Below, in pieces: positions 38,600-51,951 of a stretch of 64,000 nt of DNA (its first letter is position 1; each line of letters begins with the position of its first letter). The notes beneath the pieces are model-generated. The model worked only from the letters and a program-made list of their open reading frames with translations, searched no databases and was not told the DNA's origin. Both the position numbers and the translations under genes were made by a program. The DNA comes from Camelus ferus (taxonomy: Eukaryota): assembly GCF_009834535.1 (NCBI RefSeq), contig NC_045696.1, forward strand, positions 27,034,001 through 27,098,000. The letters run 5' to 3'.

Positions 38600-41235
38600 G
38601 AACAAAATAACCTGTATCCTTACACTATTTTCAAATGGTTTATGTGCTAGATTTTAACTAAGCTCTACCTTTTTCCCACATCATATAGCTTCTATCAGTG
38701 CTGTCAAAGATAGCTTACTCTTTCCTTATGTTTGAGTGGAAAAATGTGTGAATAGTCTTCTAGATTTCCAGGTCTTTCTCCATAAATCTATGTAAAAAGT
38801 CCATGACTTTCTGCTCTACTTATACTTTTATCTATCATTTTCTAAAGACCCATTCTCATCACCATGTTTATCAAAGCCTTTGATACCTATGTCATAGTCT
38901 TTGCCTCCACCCTAAGTCCAGCTGTCATCTAGGTGGCTTCAAAAGCCATGCGGATAAATTTATCACAAATTTTAGCCCCACAATTTGGTGATGCCTCATC
39001 TATATTTGAGTTATTCACTCTCCTGGCCATATCTTACAACATTTTTCACCTATAACATTTAGTTCTCAAATCCTGAACTCAACTATATACTGACCAAAAC
39101 TTTCTGCATTTTCTACCCTTTAGTTCATGAATCACACAACTCCTGCTCTTTAACTTTATAGAGACCTATAATCCCTTGATGTCTCAATTTTCTTTCTCAA
39201 AACATCTGTTCTTTTCTGATTTAGCTGAATCTTATGAATATTAAATTTTTTTCACCACATTCTAAGTTTCTTTTATCCTGAAATATATTGACCCAGAAAA
39301 AAAAGTATCAAATTGGCTGGCATTGCTATCCACTTTCACAGGTCCAAAGCCTAGAGTGGCTGAGTACTATCAAAGAAAATTCACATAGAGCGATGACTCC
39401 AGACGTCTGCCCTTTGATCACAGCTGGGTTTCAGAGTACCATCTGTCATTCCTTCTATTTATCTTCACTTACTTCTCTTTCAGGTATTCTCCAATAATAA
39501 TTGTTTGCCTTTCTCTTCAAACCCTATGCTCAGTCACTGATCCCAGAACGGTCAGAAAGTAAACTTGCCTCTTATTTTAGGAACCACCACAATCCCTACT
39601 CTACTGTTCATTTATTGATATTTCCACTCATCTCCACCTTTCTTTTAGCTCTAGAGAGTGAATTTCTCTCCAACATTTTAACACAAATATGTTTCATCTC
39701 CAGCTTTCTGCAGGGCTTAATCTTTTATGAAAAACATATTTCCTTTCATGTATTCTCTTTTTCCACTTTCCCTCTTTCTTAATTTCTACATTCAATTTAT
39801 TTTAATCCCATTTGCATCCTCAAGATTATCGCATTGAAAAATCACATCCCCAGACACAAAATTACCACCTAGCTCATCTCCAAGCGTTTTTCTTTTGAAA
39901 AGAGTAACCTAAACTTGCTGATTTTACTTCCTGCCCTCCTAGTTACTGTTCAGTGCTTATTATTCACTCTAGTTTCCTCAGTTCCACTGAATTTAATTTT
40001 TCCTAATTACCAAATCAAAAACACATTTTAAATCATGTTCTAGACTCTATTGTATTTAATATTATCAAACTCTCCTAAAACCTTTACACCCTCAGATTCA
40101 TGACAACAGACTCCTCTTGTTCTCTGATTCTCCCTGTAATTCTCAGACTACTTCTCTCTCTCTCCCTCTTCCTCCCTCCCTCCCTCTCTATTTCTTCCTC
40201 TCTTTCTCTGTGAGTTCCATTGCTTATCCCTTAAAGGTTGGTGTACCCAAGGGATTTTTCCCCCTTTAGCCCATTGAAATTATCATGATTCACTCTCTAA
40301 TACCATCCATTCTCTTGATTTCAATCACCACCTATATGGTAATGGCTCCCAGTATAAGTCTAACCTAGACTTCTCTCTGAGTTTCACATCGATATGTCAA
40401 ACCAGTTCTTTCTTTCCAAGTTTGAGATTTGTATATGAATACACTAGTAAATATTGCAAATGAACATTGCAAATGCACTTCCACATTCATTTGTTGTGAA
40501 TGGATGAAATGCCTAAAATGTACCATGAATTGTGCTAGTCACTAGGTATATGTTTACTAACAAAATAGACTTCATTCTGCCCTCCTGAAATTTATCGTCT
40601 ATGTCTAAAATTAAACTCATTATTCTTATCCATAAATCTGTTGCTTTTCTTGATTTTTTTTTTTTTCTTTAGAGATCCAGGCAGGAGACTGGTTCTTTTC
40701 TTTTCCTTATTCCCCTCATCCAATTCAATCACAAATTCTTGCCATGTTGACTTGATTCTTTATATAGTTTCTTAACATTTTATTCATATATTCTACCACT
40801 CTCTTCAGTCTATAGTCATCACTGGCCTGCTCTAATGCATCAGTCTTGTAACTTAGCTCTCTACTTTTCAACATATACCAAGAAAATTCAATATTTAATA
40901 TACTTGTATGATGGTGTATCAAAATACAAATATAGTTATGCTGCTCATCTATTCAAAACCATTCTACTATAATTTTTTGACCAAAGGCCAAATGTCAATC
41001 TCTCTGATATGACCTTCAAAGTCCTTCAAAATCTGGTCCTGCTTAACTCCGATCTTATCTGTCTTTGCACACCTCTACACTTACAGATAATCACGATGCA
41101 TTACACTGATCTCTGTGTTTGTCAGTTGTCCCAGTAGATGATGAAATTGAAGACAGAGACTGTATTCTATTTATGTTTGTATCCCTAGAAACTAGCAGTG
41201 CTCAGCATGTATTGTTTAATAGATTATAGTTAAAT
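38600..41235. mobile_element. Extended degenerate L2 relic(s)
   Basis: Pyrimidine-rich L2 ORF2 and 3'-end motifs ending in taaataaatgagcaaatgg. Confidence 0.55.
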
Positions 41236-41690
41236 AAATGAGCAAATGGATGCCACTCACCTTTCATATTATTTCCTTAATTCTCTGTTATGTTAGTTTC
41301 TTGAGTACATTAACAATGGCCTTTTTATCTTTATATTTATCTTATATTTCTATTTCTGGAACAGTGATTGGTACATAACAGATACTCAGCAAATGCATGT
41401 TCTATGAAAAGCTGTAGATGACAATCAAAAGCACTACATGGCAATGATACAGAATGGAAAAAAAAGAGTTACTTCTGAACAAAAGAAAAACATTGACAAC
41501 AGGTAAAAGATTCTAGTTTGATATATTAATTATTAGAAGTCACTATTTGATTATATTCTAAAAATAATGCCATTGTTCCAATTTTACTGAAGAGAGCTTA
41601 AAGAAATCATGAGACTGTCTTCACTTCAAAAAACAAAACTGAATTATAAAACTGCTCTTCTGGGATGGCCATTTTTAGATAGATTGATAC

Positions 41691-41751
41691 CTGTTAGGTA
41701 TTTGGTTCTCTACCAGCAAACACTGACAGTTTCCATGCTTCCAAACCAAAC
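41691..41751 (-). pseudogene. Exon remnant (61 nt, 2->0): FGLEAWKLSVFAGREPNT*Q
   Basis: gtgaacag / gtatca. Confidence 0.55.
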
Positions 41752-41842
41752 CTGTTCACCACAGTCAACACATATGCATTCACCATGACAAACAGCAATA
41801 CAGTTAAAGACAAAATTCACACTGACCTTAATAAAAACTCAC

Positions 41843-41917
41843 TGTACCAACAGTAGACTCTTACAAGCTGATCGCTATGGGAAGCTTCATTGCACATGGC
41901 TGCAATGATTCTGAAAC
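41843..41917 (-). pseudogene. Exon remnant (75 nt, 2->2): FQNHCSHVQ*SFP*RSACKSLLLVQ
   Basis: cacctctag / gtgagt. Confidence 0.65.
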
Positions 41918-44256
41918 CTAGAGGTGTGTTATTAGCTGCCACAGCACTGACAACCGTAATAGCAAGGTACTGATTCTCATCCCTAACTTTTCCAAACAGT
42001 AGCTAGTGATTGTCAGAATTGTATTTCTGGTGACCAATTTATTTTAATCTGAGATGTATTTGATAAAAGCAAAAGAGAAGATGTATTTTATTTATAACAT
42101 TGCTTTTTGAGCAAGTACTAAAGAATTAAACATCAACTGTTGGGCAGACATCACACTGTATGTGCTAACAGGTATTAGATACAAGAAGTATGTTGTGAAT
42201 TATGAAGAAAATCAATGTATTTATTGGAAAACTGATTTGAGAGCTGGAGGAACTGGATTCTAAAATAGAATCTACCATTATGTAGCTCGACTGACATGGA
42301 ACAAATCCATTTATATTTCTGAGCCTCCTTTTTTTTCCCCTTAGCACACTGAGAGTTGGGGCAATGGCTTTCTCAGTTGTATTTCAAATCTCACATTTTA
42401 TAATTTTATGAAAAGCCTGGGGGGGAGGTGAAGTGCTATTATAAATTTTTAAATAAAGCATTTAAATTATCAAAGTTATTTTTCATCCCCTCATCCGGTC
42501 AAGGGAAGATCTTTCATTTCAGTGTGAATAAATAAGCAGCTTAGTCAAGAATTGTAGCTATGACTGTTAATAACTGGCTCAAATGGGCAAAAGTAGTGAA
42601 GTTACCATCAGCAACATAGACAGCCTCAGGAAAATAATTCTGAATCTGCTGCCACTTTGTTCTTTTTCAACCAGATGCCTTGTACCCACTATATGATAAG
42701 GAGTTTGGGTTTTATTCTGATGTGATGGAGAGCTATTAAAGAGTTTTAGGCAGGATATGTTTATAATTTAATTGGTTTAAAAGATTATTCTGATGTTGGG
42801 AGATAGGAATGCATAGTAATGGAATGACTAGCTGGGATGCTACTGAAATAGGAAAGGTGAGATATGACAGTGGCTTAGACTAGGGTAGTTTCAGCAATAT
42901 GAAAAGAAGAGAAATAATTCTGGTTATATTTTTAAGGTACAATGTGTCATTTATTCCCAATTTGTCCCATAGACTCCCAAACCTTTTTTGTCCTTCTCTG
43001 CTCTACTCTTCTGTTAGGAGGTGGATCGCCCCTACTGCATCATCCATGATCTCTTCCCAGGTATCTTCCATTTAGTTTTAGCCAATAGGAGATGCTGGTA
43101 AGAAAATGGAAGGTTGGAAGGTATTTCTCTCTCCCCGACACACCCCTTACTTCAGACCTCAATCTCTAAGAGCACCTGCATTTCCCTTTGACTATAATTC
43201 TTTTCATAGCCTTTACTCCACCTTCTCAGGTCTTCCTGACTCTAATAATATTCCTTTCTCCTTTTATCCAGTCAGCCCCAGAACATTATTGGCTTCCTAC
43301 TATTATTAATCTGTTTTTCTCACTGTTCTTTGTTTCCTATTTCTTCTCACATCATTGCAAGTAGTCCTTTTATTCAATTCTTCTTCTTTGAACCTTTTGG
43401 GATGAATTGTTTCCTCTGGGGACCCTGAATAAATGAACAATCAGGGCTGGCTAATATGCCAGATGTGGAGAAGTGAGGAAACGTAGAGTCAAGGTCAACT
43501 CTCACATTTTAGGTTTAAGCAACTGGGTTTGCATAATGGCTGCATTTAATGCAATGAAGGAAGCTGGGAAAGAAATGAATCATTTGTGAAACCAACATAC
43601 CATCATACAACAGTATACATATCACTACCATATGCCAGATGGACACTGATACAAGCACAGGTAGCTGACCGCTGAGGACCATGGCACTCAGGCTCATACT
43701 AAGTTTTAGAAGAATCTGATGTGAGTCTTATATGATTATTACACCAAATATTTCATATGTGTACTTTTCTGCTTTTTTATAGTGCATCATTTTCTCATGA
43801 CACTTTTTCATGTTGCATTATATTCATAGGATCCTAATAGTATTAGGAAGCACGTGAATTAAGCATTTGATGAAAAGTGTGAAAAGAAAACACCAAATTT
43901 TAACTTCAATCACATAAAGCTTAGGAAGACATATTTGTATCACATGACTTAGAGTAAGGAGAAATGTAAAATTTATCAAACACAAAGGTTAAAAAGTTCA
44001 GAAGCACATTTACTGAAAGGGTTCAACAAGAATCTAATGAGTCTCTCATATTTCAAAAAAAAATTATGACATAAGTTCTTATTATTTCTAGCTAAACTAT
44101 TTACTGACACTTAACCATGGTTATAAGTTAGGTCTAAGAACCCTTGGGAATAACTGTTTTATTTTCTATGGCATAAGAACATACTTAGCAAGCACTCCTT
44201 ACCACAATGTTACAAGATTTAATCAGAAACCTCATAAAGAACTGTATGTGTGTGTG

Positions 44257-44287
<31 letters not shown>

Positions 44288-44653
44288 ATATGTTATTGCT
44301 AAATCTAACTACTCTCACTTGTTTGCCTGGTTTGGTCTTTGGTGAAATAATCCTATCATCCTTAATCTACTGGACATTATTATCCAAAATGATCTAGATT
44401 TCCAAAACTTTGCATATAACTAGTGATTTTTGGTGACATGTGATAATATTTACATAAATATGGCTAAGATAACATTATAGAAAGTAGTGAAAAAATTTTG
44501 TACTAAGGAGAATTAAAGAGCTAACCTTCAAATATTAAAAAATAAATTTTCATACCTAAAATGATTTCTAAGCTTTCAATACAGATTTTCTCATCAAATT
44601 AACATCCAATCCAGCTTTGAAAGCCTGGATATCAACTGAGAGCACTGTGTTAC

Positions 44654-44730
44654 CCGGGGAAGTGATCTTGCAGATTTGGTAAACATACGAAAATCAATTC
44701 ACAGCCATATCGCAGCTCCTCTTCTAACCC
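44654..44730 (-). pseudogene. Exon remnant (77 nt, 0->2): GLEEELRYGCELIFVCLPNLQDHFP
   Basis: gaattacag / gtaaca; open. Confidence 0.65.
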
Positions 44731-45170
44731 CTGTAATTCCACAAAAGCAAAGAAACTGCACCAAGAACCACCCACTCTGACAATGACTGCCACGTTCATT
44801 GTCAGCAGGTTTCCCTATTTAGTATGCTGTTTTGTCAGTTATGGTTATAGGTACTTGGGGGTGGAAATCGCCATTAATAGTTGCTTAGGGGGTCTGAGAT
44901 TAAAATGTTTGTTGAGTTTTTTATCTTATAAAGTACATCTCAAATTCTGTTAAGATCATCAAAATTGACTAATGTCTAGAGAATAATACGTGATATTTTT
45001 AGGGCACAAAATTTTTAATGGGCAAGAAGTATTTGGGCAGAGTAAATTTAAAGATCTTTTCTTGTTCATTTTTTCTCCTGTTTTATTCAAGACTCTTTTT
45101 TTAAGCTGATACAAAAAAACGTAAGTATAAATCTGCACAGAAAATAGAATTCTGTAGCTCAGACTATTGC

Positions 45171-45324
45171 CTTGCTATCTGAGGTCCCAGCTGAGTCAAT
45201 AATGGCCCTTTGGAAGGGGAATCTCAGTTCAAGCCAAGCAAGCTGACAAAGGCGATGCCATCCGAGGCTTCCCTTTTTTCTGCCTTTCAAACGTTGTGAC
45301 TTTGCAAGGGCTTTTCTGAGATGA
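45171..45324 (-). pseudogene. Exon remnant (154 nt, 2->0, GC donor): HLRKALAKSQRLKGRKKGSLGWHRLCQLAWLELRFPFQRAIIDSAGTSDSK
   Basis: ctgtcattag / gcaata; 51 open codons; contains DxxG (DSAG). Confidence 0.6.
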
Positions 45325-46703
45325 CTAATGACAGGTGTGACTGGGAGGAGTAATTACAGGGAGTGACTGCAAGTTTAAGACTTTGGAGATGAAAGTGAAT
45401 GATATGAACATGAAAGTTTTAGTGATGAAGTCAACTTCTGACAAGCACAACATGCTCATTATGGAAATTTTGGAATAGAAAAAAGATCTGAAAAGTAAGT
45501 TTGAAATCGAAGAGCATAATTTAATCATTAACCTCTTTACTGTGGAGACTAAAGGCATATCCTGTGTTGAAAGCATTTGTGATTTGGGAGGCTAATTATC
45601 CATACCCCTACAATTCTATTCTATTTCATGCCTAAGCCCCTTGTATACTCTCATGGACTGTGCAATTTTTCTCTGGGATTGAGGTTGTGTGCATGGTTAC
45701 TCATATAGTATGGAAATTCCAAATGGAACACTCAAATCACCTAATTTTATACTAGTCCTTTAATAGGCATCAAATTAGCTCACATGAAGAAGCCCTAAAG
45801 AGAAACAAAGAGCACTTCCAAGCATCTGTTGACTTTCTTCTTGGTTGGTCCTTTGACAGCACTGAAAACTTAATTAAATTGTAAACATTTGGAAGGCAAA
45901 GATTATATTTTATAGTTTCTCAAGTAGCATCTACCATCTATTTGTTCCTTACAAATAACAGCTTTAAGCTGAATGTACAGAATGAATAACTGGCAGGGTC
46001 ATAGACTCCTTAGAAGATTGAAGAAGACATTGAATGAGCGTATCAGAGCATGAACTTTAGACAAATGTGTTTTAATTATTTCAAAACAAAACTGTTTTAT
46101 CTACTTTGAGTTTGCCAAGGATAGGGTTATTTCTCAGTTATTGTTTTACTTAAAATCATAAAACCATGTGTATTTCTGTACTAATCATCTTCCACTACTG
46201 CAAACTAATAGGAACATAGATACCAAATTGAAGTTTTTCCTAGAAATTACATACATCCAGAGACAACAAAAGACAGGAGAGTAATAATACTTTAACAAGT
46301 CTTTTTTGGGGGGAGGTGGAAATTAGGAGGGAACAAATTTACTGACATTGAACTTCAGTTCTTCATGGCACACCCCATTTCATAGCTAATGTCCAATCAC
46401 CCTTATTTATCAATCTGGATATTCTACTTCTTTCTGAACATCAGTTCAGCACCAGCACCCATCCATCCTACTCCTTTAATAAGTAAAATTTTCTCTGGAA
46501 ACTGACACACTTCCCATTTTTAATCCATGTGTTTAGGTCAGGTTTCACTCCTCACCCCAAAGATACAGAATGTGAATCAAGCCTAGCTACCCTAAACTTT
46601 TTTTAATTTTATGAATCATAAATTTCCATTTATTTCTTAACCTAGGTTCAATTGGATTTTCTGAAAGTGAACTGGTCCTGAAAGTGCCCTGACACTGACT
46701 TAC

Positions 46704-47069
46704 TCAAAGGCAAAGTGACATGTAGTTGTCTGTTTCTAACCAATGCCAACAACCAATGTCAACTGCAGGCACGGCTGGATGGCTTTGATTTTCTGAGTGC
46801 AGGATCTCCCAGAGTGAAGCTTTATTTGTCATGCCCTTTGTGAACAGAATCTGGAGAGAAGAAGACTGTACGTAACTTCGGCTGCCTGCCATAAATTAGA
46901 TCTAGATGAGGAACAGCTCCTTTGCTTCAGTGTTAATAACATTTCTCCACAGGTGACAAATTTGTCTATTATCTTTGGCATAAGGGGTAGTGAGCAGTGA
47001 GTGAACTGTTGGTGGTCCCAGACAATAGTGGTTTCAGGAGTCCAAAGCTGGCTCGAAATTGTAACTTTC
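46704..47069 (-). pseudogene. Exon remnant (366 nt, 2->2; alternative acceptor at 46850): KVTISSQLWTPETTIVWDHQQFTHCSLPLMPKIIDKFVTCGEMLLTL...TTTCHFAFD
   Basis: gttgactttag / gtaagt; two stops in about 122 codons. Confidence 0.6.
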
Positions 47070-47340
47070 CTAAAGTCAACCCATGAGCATTCAGTCAAGG
47101 GAAATTAAACCCACAGGAAAGGATGCAGAGCAAGTGACAGTATCACTTCTCAGTGGACTGCCCATGACCATGGATCATGTGTAACTTCAACTGGGGACCT
47201 TTACTAATATCTATTGTCGGATCAAGTATGCCAAATTAAAACTTAGTCCTTAAAGCTTCCAGAAATCCACAAGTTTATATATTACTTAACTTGAAATCAA
47301 GACTCCACCCACCATAGTGTTCTCTGCTAAGAAACACTAC

Positions 47341-47490
47341 TTCTTCAGTAAGCCCAGGATAAAAATGTAGGATAGAACCAGTGTGTAATCTAGTAATGCA
47401 GTAGTAAATTCAGCTAGTGACAGAAATCTCCAGGCATGATCATTTTCAGAGAATTAGAAGTCCTTTGATCTGACAGGTGTAGCCCAAAAG
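47341..47490 (-). pseudogene. Exon remnant (150 nt, 2->2): FWATPVRSKDF*FSENDHAWRFLSLAEFTTALLDYTLVLSYIFILGLLK
   Basis: tctaatcttag / gtagtg. Confidence 0.5.
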
Positions 47491-48323
47491 CTAAGATTAG
47501 ACAAGAAAGTGGAGGGTGGAACTCGCCCATGGATTTTAAAACAGTTACTGAGAGATAGTTTGGTAAAAAATCAAGTTCAAGAACATGATCATCCAAAAGA
47601 AAAATCAACCCAAAGACTAGGCAGTAAGACTAATAAATTTGAAGTTATGGAAAAGCAAGAGAAACTATCAGGAATGGAAGAAAGTTGGTAAGACAAAACT
47701 AAAGGAAGGCAAATTTTTAAGTCTTTTCAATGTGGGTGAAGGGAATATTTCATGGAGAATTTGGATGACGCTAATACTCTAGGAGGAGTAAGCACGTTTG
47801 CACAACTGCCCTAAGGCACCGATTTTTCCTTTTGGTTTAGAATTAGAGTCACAGTAGTAGTTTATCTCATACATCTCTTATATTCTGTAAAATAATAATA
47901 ATAATTATATCCATAAGAAAGGTAGAAGTGTATGAAAAGATAATGCTTTCTGAAAATGAGACATCCAGCTACTCTCTGAAGGATTACTGGTTTAATAGTA
48001 GTGTATCCATTGCTATTATATATTGTTTATTTGATAGCATTGAGATTGCTATCAGAAATATTTCATTCATGTCTTCAGTTCAGCAGTCCACAGTGAAATG
48101 GAAAAAAAAATAAGAACAATTTAGTGAGGTTGTCACAAAGCTGAATATATTGAATATAAGGAGAGTGATGTTCTGGGATGATGATTCTGAGATGATGCTC
48201 TTTGAACATTTTAGTATTAAAATAAATTTTAAATAGAATAATAGTGATAGCAAATACTATGTTGCCAAAATAGTTCTTGATGTGTAAAATATAAGCTGGT
48301 AACTCTGTATTGGTTTCCAACTC

Positions 48324-48325
<2 letters not shown>

Positions 48326-48356
<31 letters not shown>
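48326..48356. repeat. (CA)n microsatellite
   Basis: Direct inspection. Confidence 0.95.
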
Positions 48357-48358
<2 letters not shown>

Positions 48359-48755
48359 CACAAACACATACATATATGTATACACTGTATACAGTGTAAG
48401 CTTCAAATATATTGTAGAGAACTCAATGGTGTGCAGGTAAAAAAGGGGGAGCTTCAGAACTGAGGAATTGAATTATTCTAGGTGAAGCTGGTAATAATGT
48501 TTTGAAGTAGAATTGCCAGTCATCTAGGAGGTCAGAAGCAATTGTTTGAAACAGATTCCTCCAAATCAAGTGGAATAAATCTCCACTAATCCCCTTATGA
48601 TGACATAATATATATTAAAATCAGTGTTGCATAAATAATACATTCAATTGGCCGACTGTGAATACATTCACAAAGTTACTGATGACCTTTCATCATGATT
48701 TTCTAACTTTGTTTTGCTCTACCACTCCTGAGTTAAAAGCTCATCAATAACTTAC

Positions 48756-48826
48756 TGAAAAATGATATACAGAGTCAGTAAACAAATGAGGTGTATCTAG
48801 TCAGCCTAGTTGGTAAGCCGTAACAT
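48756..48826 (-). pseudogene. Possible exon remnant (71 nt; frame uncertain)
   Basis: ttttttcaag / gtaagt. Confidence 0.4.
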
Positions 48827-49284
48827 CTTGAAAAAATTTTCAGGTCATGTTGAGCATCCTCTTTATATGAATATTATTTCAATACCATATATACTCACCT
48901 TTAGTTTACAAATATTTTTTAAGGTATAATAATTTGAAAGTTGACAAAAATGAACATAAAAACATTAAATATAGTTTCTGATATGACAGAATTTTTAATT
49001 TTCAATTCCAACGAGTGACACTAATCCAAAACATCCTATGTAGACTATGTCTAAACAGGTGTAATAAATGAAAAAGTAAATCAATTAGTCTTTTCCTAAG
49101 CCAGATATTTTTGATTCATGTAGACACAGCTCATGTACATTATATTTATGTTTAGTGATTTTATTATAAAAATTGAAGAACTATATTTGTAATGTTCAGT
49201 TATTTTACTATAAAAGTTGAAAAAGTATATTTTAAAATTTATTTTTTGACATCTTGTAGTACTAGAAAATAAAGAAGTGCTCAG

Positions 49285-50172
49285 AAAATGATGAGAATAT
49301 GTCAAAAGGACATAGGAGCCAGAATGAAGGAATTCCTAATAGCCATATCTGGGGCAATCTGATCAGGATAAAAACTGAAAATAAGTACTAATTATAATAG
49401 ATTAGTTGAAGTAAGATTGGCAGATAGGTAGATGAAAGAACTCTGCTTCATTACAGTAGAATTCTGATTAATAAAAGTAGAAAAAAATGACAAACAGAAA
49501 ATCACTTTTTTGGCAAACACACATCATTGATAGTGATGATTTAAAATTTTTCATTTAGAATCATCAATAGTTAATGTAATTAGTTTATAAAAGTAAAATG
49601 AGAAATAAATATTTGTATAGTCCCAAAGTATCTCTTCATATCCCTTAATAATTACAATTGGAAAAATAACAGTAGAGAAACCTCGTAGACACCATATTAA
49701 CCAACTGGTCAAGGTTAACATCTGATGGTGGGACATACTGACACTATGAGCCACTGAGACGAAACAGTGAGGAAAAAGCAGATACCACTTCTTGAGTATT
49801 ATTGCCAAAAATGCCCAGCATGGTATTCACCATGAGGAAACCTCACACAAATGAAAATTGAGGCACATTCAACAAAATATATCTTTAGTATTCTTTAAAT
49901 GTGAAAATTTCATAAAGACAAAACTGAAGAAATGTCACAGATGAGAGGAAACTAAGGAGAAACAGGACATTTGTGGAATGACTAGAGAAATCTGAATAAG
50001 GTCTATAGACTAGTTAACAGTATTGTTTCAACACTAATTTCTAGGTTTTGGTAACTGTGCTGTGATTATATAAGATGTTAACATTTGGAAAAGTTGGGTG
50101 AGAGGTACACAGAAATTTGTTGTATTTTTCCTGTAACTTTTGGTTGGTCTATTTCAAATTGGAAATAAAATA
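49285..50172 (+). mobile_element. L1MC-type 3' end
   Basis: aaaaggacataggagcc, cttaataattacaattggaaaa, gtggtcaaggttaacatc-like, taagatgttaacatttggaaaagttgggtga. Confidence 0.75.
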
Positions 50173-51188
50173 ATTAAAGAGACTTGTTTTTTCTTGTTGT
50201 AAGTTTTCAGAAAATTAATACCAAGCTCCACGTGGTCATTGTAAGTGAGGACCTCAATAGGAATTGAGAGGAGCAATCATGTTCACCTGGAGCAAACCCA
50301 GTTCTGTCTATTCCCCAGCCTCTGAGGCCCACCTCTCAACCAGCTGAAGCCAATTAATCCATCTCTACATGCTCCCCGAGGCCACATCTTTAGCACCAAA
50401 CCTTATTTTAGACAAGAACATGGTACTAAATCCTAAATCAGCACAACCAGTTTTGGCAACACCAATTGTACCACTAGTCCAGTCCTGATCCTGCACCCCA
50501 GTTCTGGGAGGAAGGCTTCTGCCTCGTTCCATTAAACTCCAGGTGGCCATTTTAGCTCTTCAGTTCCTTTAGCACAATAGTCCTGTCTTCCTCTTGCACC
50601 GTCTCCTGTTTCTTGATGACTTTCCACATGCCAAATATTTGCCAAAACGTTTGGGCAGACCTGATATCCTTCTGATATTCTCACCACCTATGCCACCTCC
50701 AATGCTTCGGATTAACCCTCATCACAAACCAGCTCCCTGTCTACATTCTATGTTCTTCCTTGTTTATCTTCAAATCTATGAATGCTTTCCCTTGTAAACT
50801 TTCTACAGCTACATCAACTTCCCCAGGTCCTGCCTTATCCCAGCAAGGAGGCCCATCATGAGGGGTGCCCAGGCAAATGATAATGCTTTTCCCACTGCCT
50901 TCACATGGGTCCTATGGGTCTTCTTACATGCAAAAAGTGCCCCTACCCACCTAGACCTGCAAATCCCACAAGATGACACAACTCATCATGACTGCTCATG
51001 AGGAGCCATCTGACAGGCAGTGGGGAATGATTTTTTAACTATAAGTTTTAACATCACTGTTCTTGACCACATGATGAAACAAATATCTGCTGTTAGTGAA
51101 ACAGGTACTAGAATTAGGTAACTCAGCAAACAGAATCAGGAGCAGAGGTAATAGTTCTCTTTGTCCTCAAGAAAGACTTGCACTTTAC

Positions 51189-51325
51189 TTTTTCCATACA
51201 GAAACTATATTCACCAATCAGTTGTACTCTGTTTAGATTGAGAACTTGATCATAACACACAGTAATCTGCACTTTTTCTGATTCATAGATCTTTTGATGC
51301 ACGTAGATGGAACTGACCGCTGAAC
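51189..51325 (-). pseudogene. Exon remnant (137 nt, 1->0, open): SAVSSIYVHQKIYESEKVQITVCYDQVLNLNRVQLIGEYSFCMEK
   Basis: gattcacag / gtaaag; C2 'l.itV.D...r..lIGe..f.l' pattern. Confidence 0.7.
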
Positions 51326-51639
51326 CTGTGAATCCCAGCATGACTTTTCTGTGTTCTAATACCCAGTGCACATGCAGCAACTCTCATCAGGGATGTGAGG
51401 AGTAGCATGTTGCTCAAGGATACTCTACTGCAATTTAGAGACTCAATTATTTGTTTTAGGGGTGTTTTAGAAATGAGAAAATTAAGGTTTTTCTCATTAC
51501 ATGGCTTATGAATGACAAGAGCCCTGTGCTTGGTTGTGTTTTATTTTTTTCTTATTTTTATACACTGATATATATTTTAATTGGCTTAATTTTATCCAAT
51601 GGATAAAGGTCAGTAATTAATAACCTAAGAGGACCTCCA

Positions 51640-51835
51640 CATTCTTCAATCCAGTAGCCACCAGCCAAGTATGGCTATTTAAATTAAGATTGAAATTAAT
51701 TAAAATTAAATGAAATTATAGATGAAATTCCTCGGTTGCACTAGCCACATTTAAAATACCCAACAGCTGCATGTGGCTACTGGCTACCATATTGTCAGTG
51801 CACTTCCACGACTGAGAATTTTCTTTTGGACAACA
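51640..51835. mobile_element. MER33/MER3-like hAT-Charlie element
   Basis: gtagccaccagccaagtatggctatttaaatt...gcactagccacattt...atgtggctactggctaccatattg. Confidence 0.8.
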
Positions 51836-51905
51836 CCGTAAATGTGGAGTGGAAAGAATTCCAAGGAATTTTTGATGGTGATATGTCTGAAATATTTGAA
51901 TGATA

Positions 51906-51906
<1 letters not shown>

Positions 51907-51948
<42 letters not shown>
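51907..51948. repeat. (CA)n microsatellite
   Basis: Direct inspection. Confidence 0.95.

Positions 51949-51951
<3 letters not shown>

Noticed and set aside
41843..41917. Open frame FRIIAAMCNEASHSDQLVRVYCWY with a good Kozak ATG
   Set aside because: It is inconsistent with the phase of the upstream exon and the join to exon 36707; the other frame matches the G-alpha pattern.
45784..45794. 11-nt micro-exon (GFF) paired with a shorter 46704-46850 exon
   Set aside because: Splice signals are good, but the 366-nt exon joins directly in phase and fits the domain better; kept only as an alternative.
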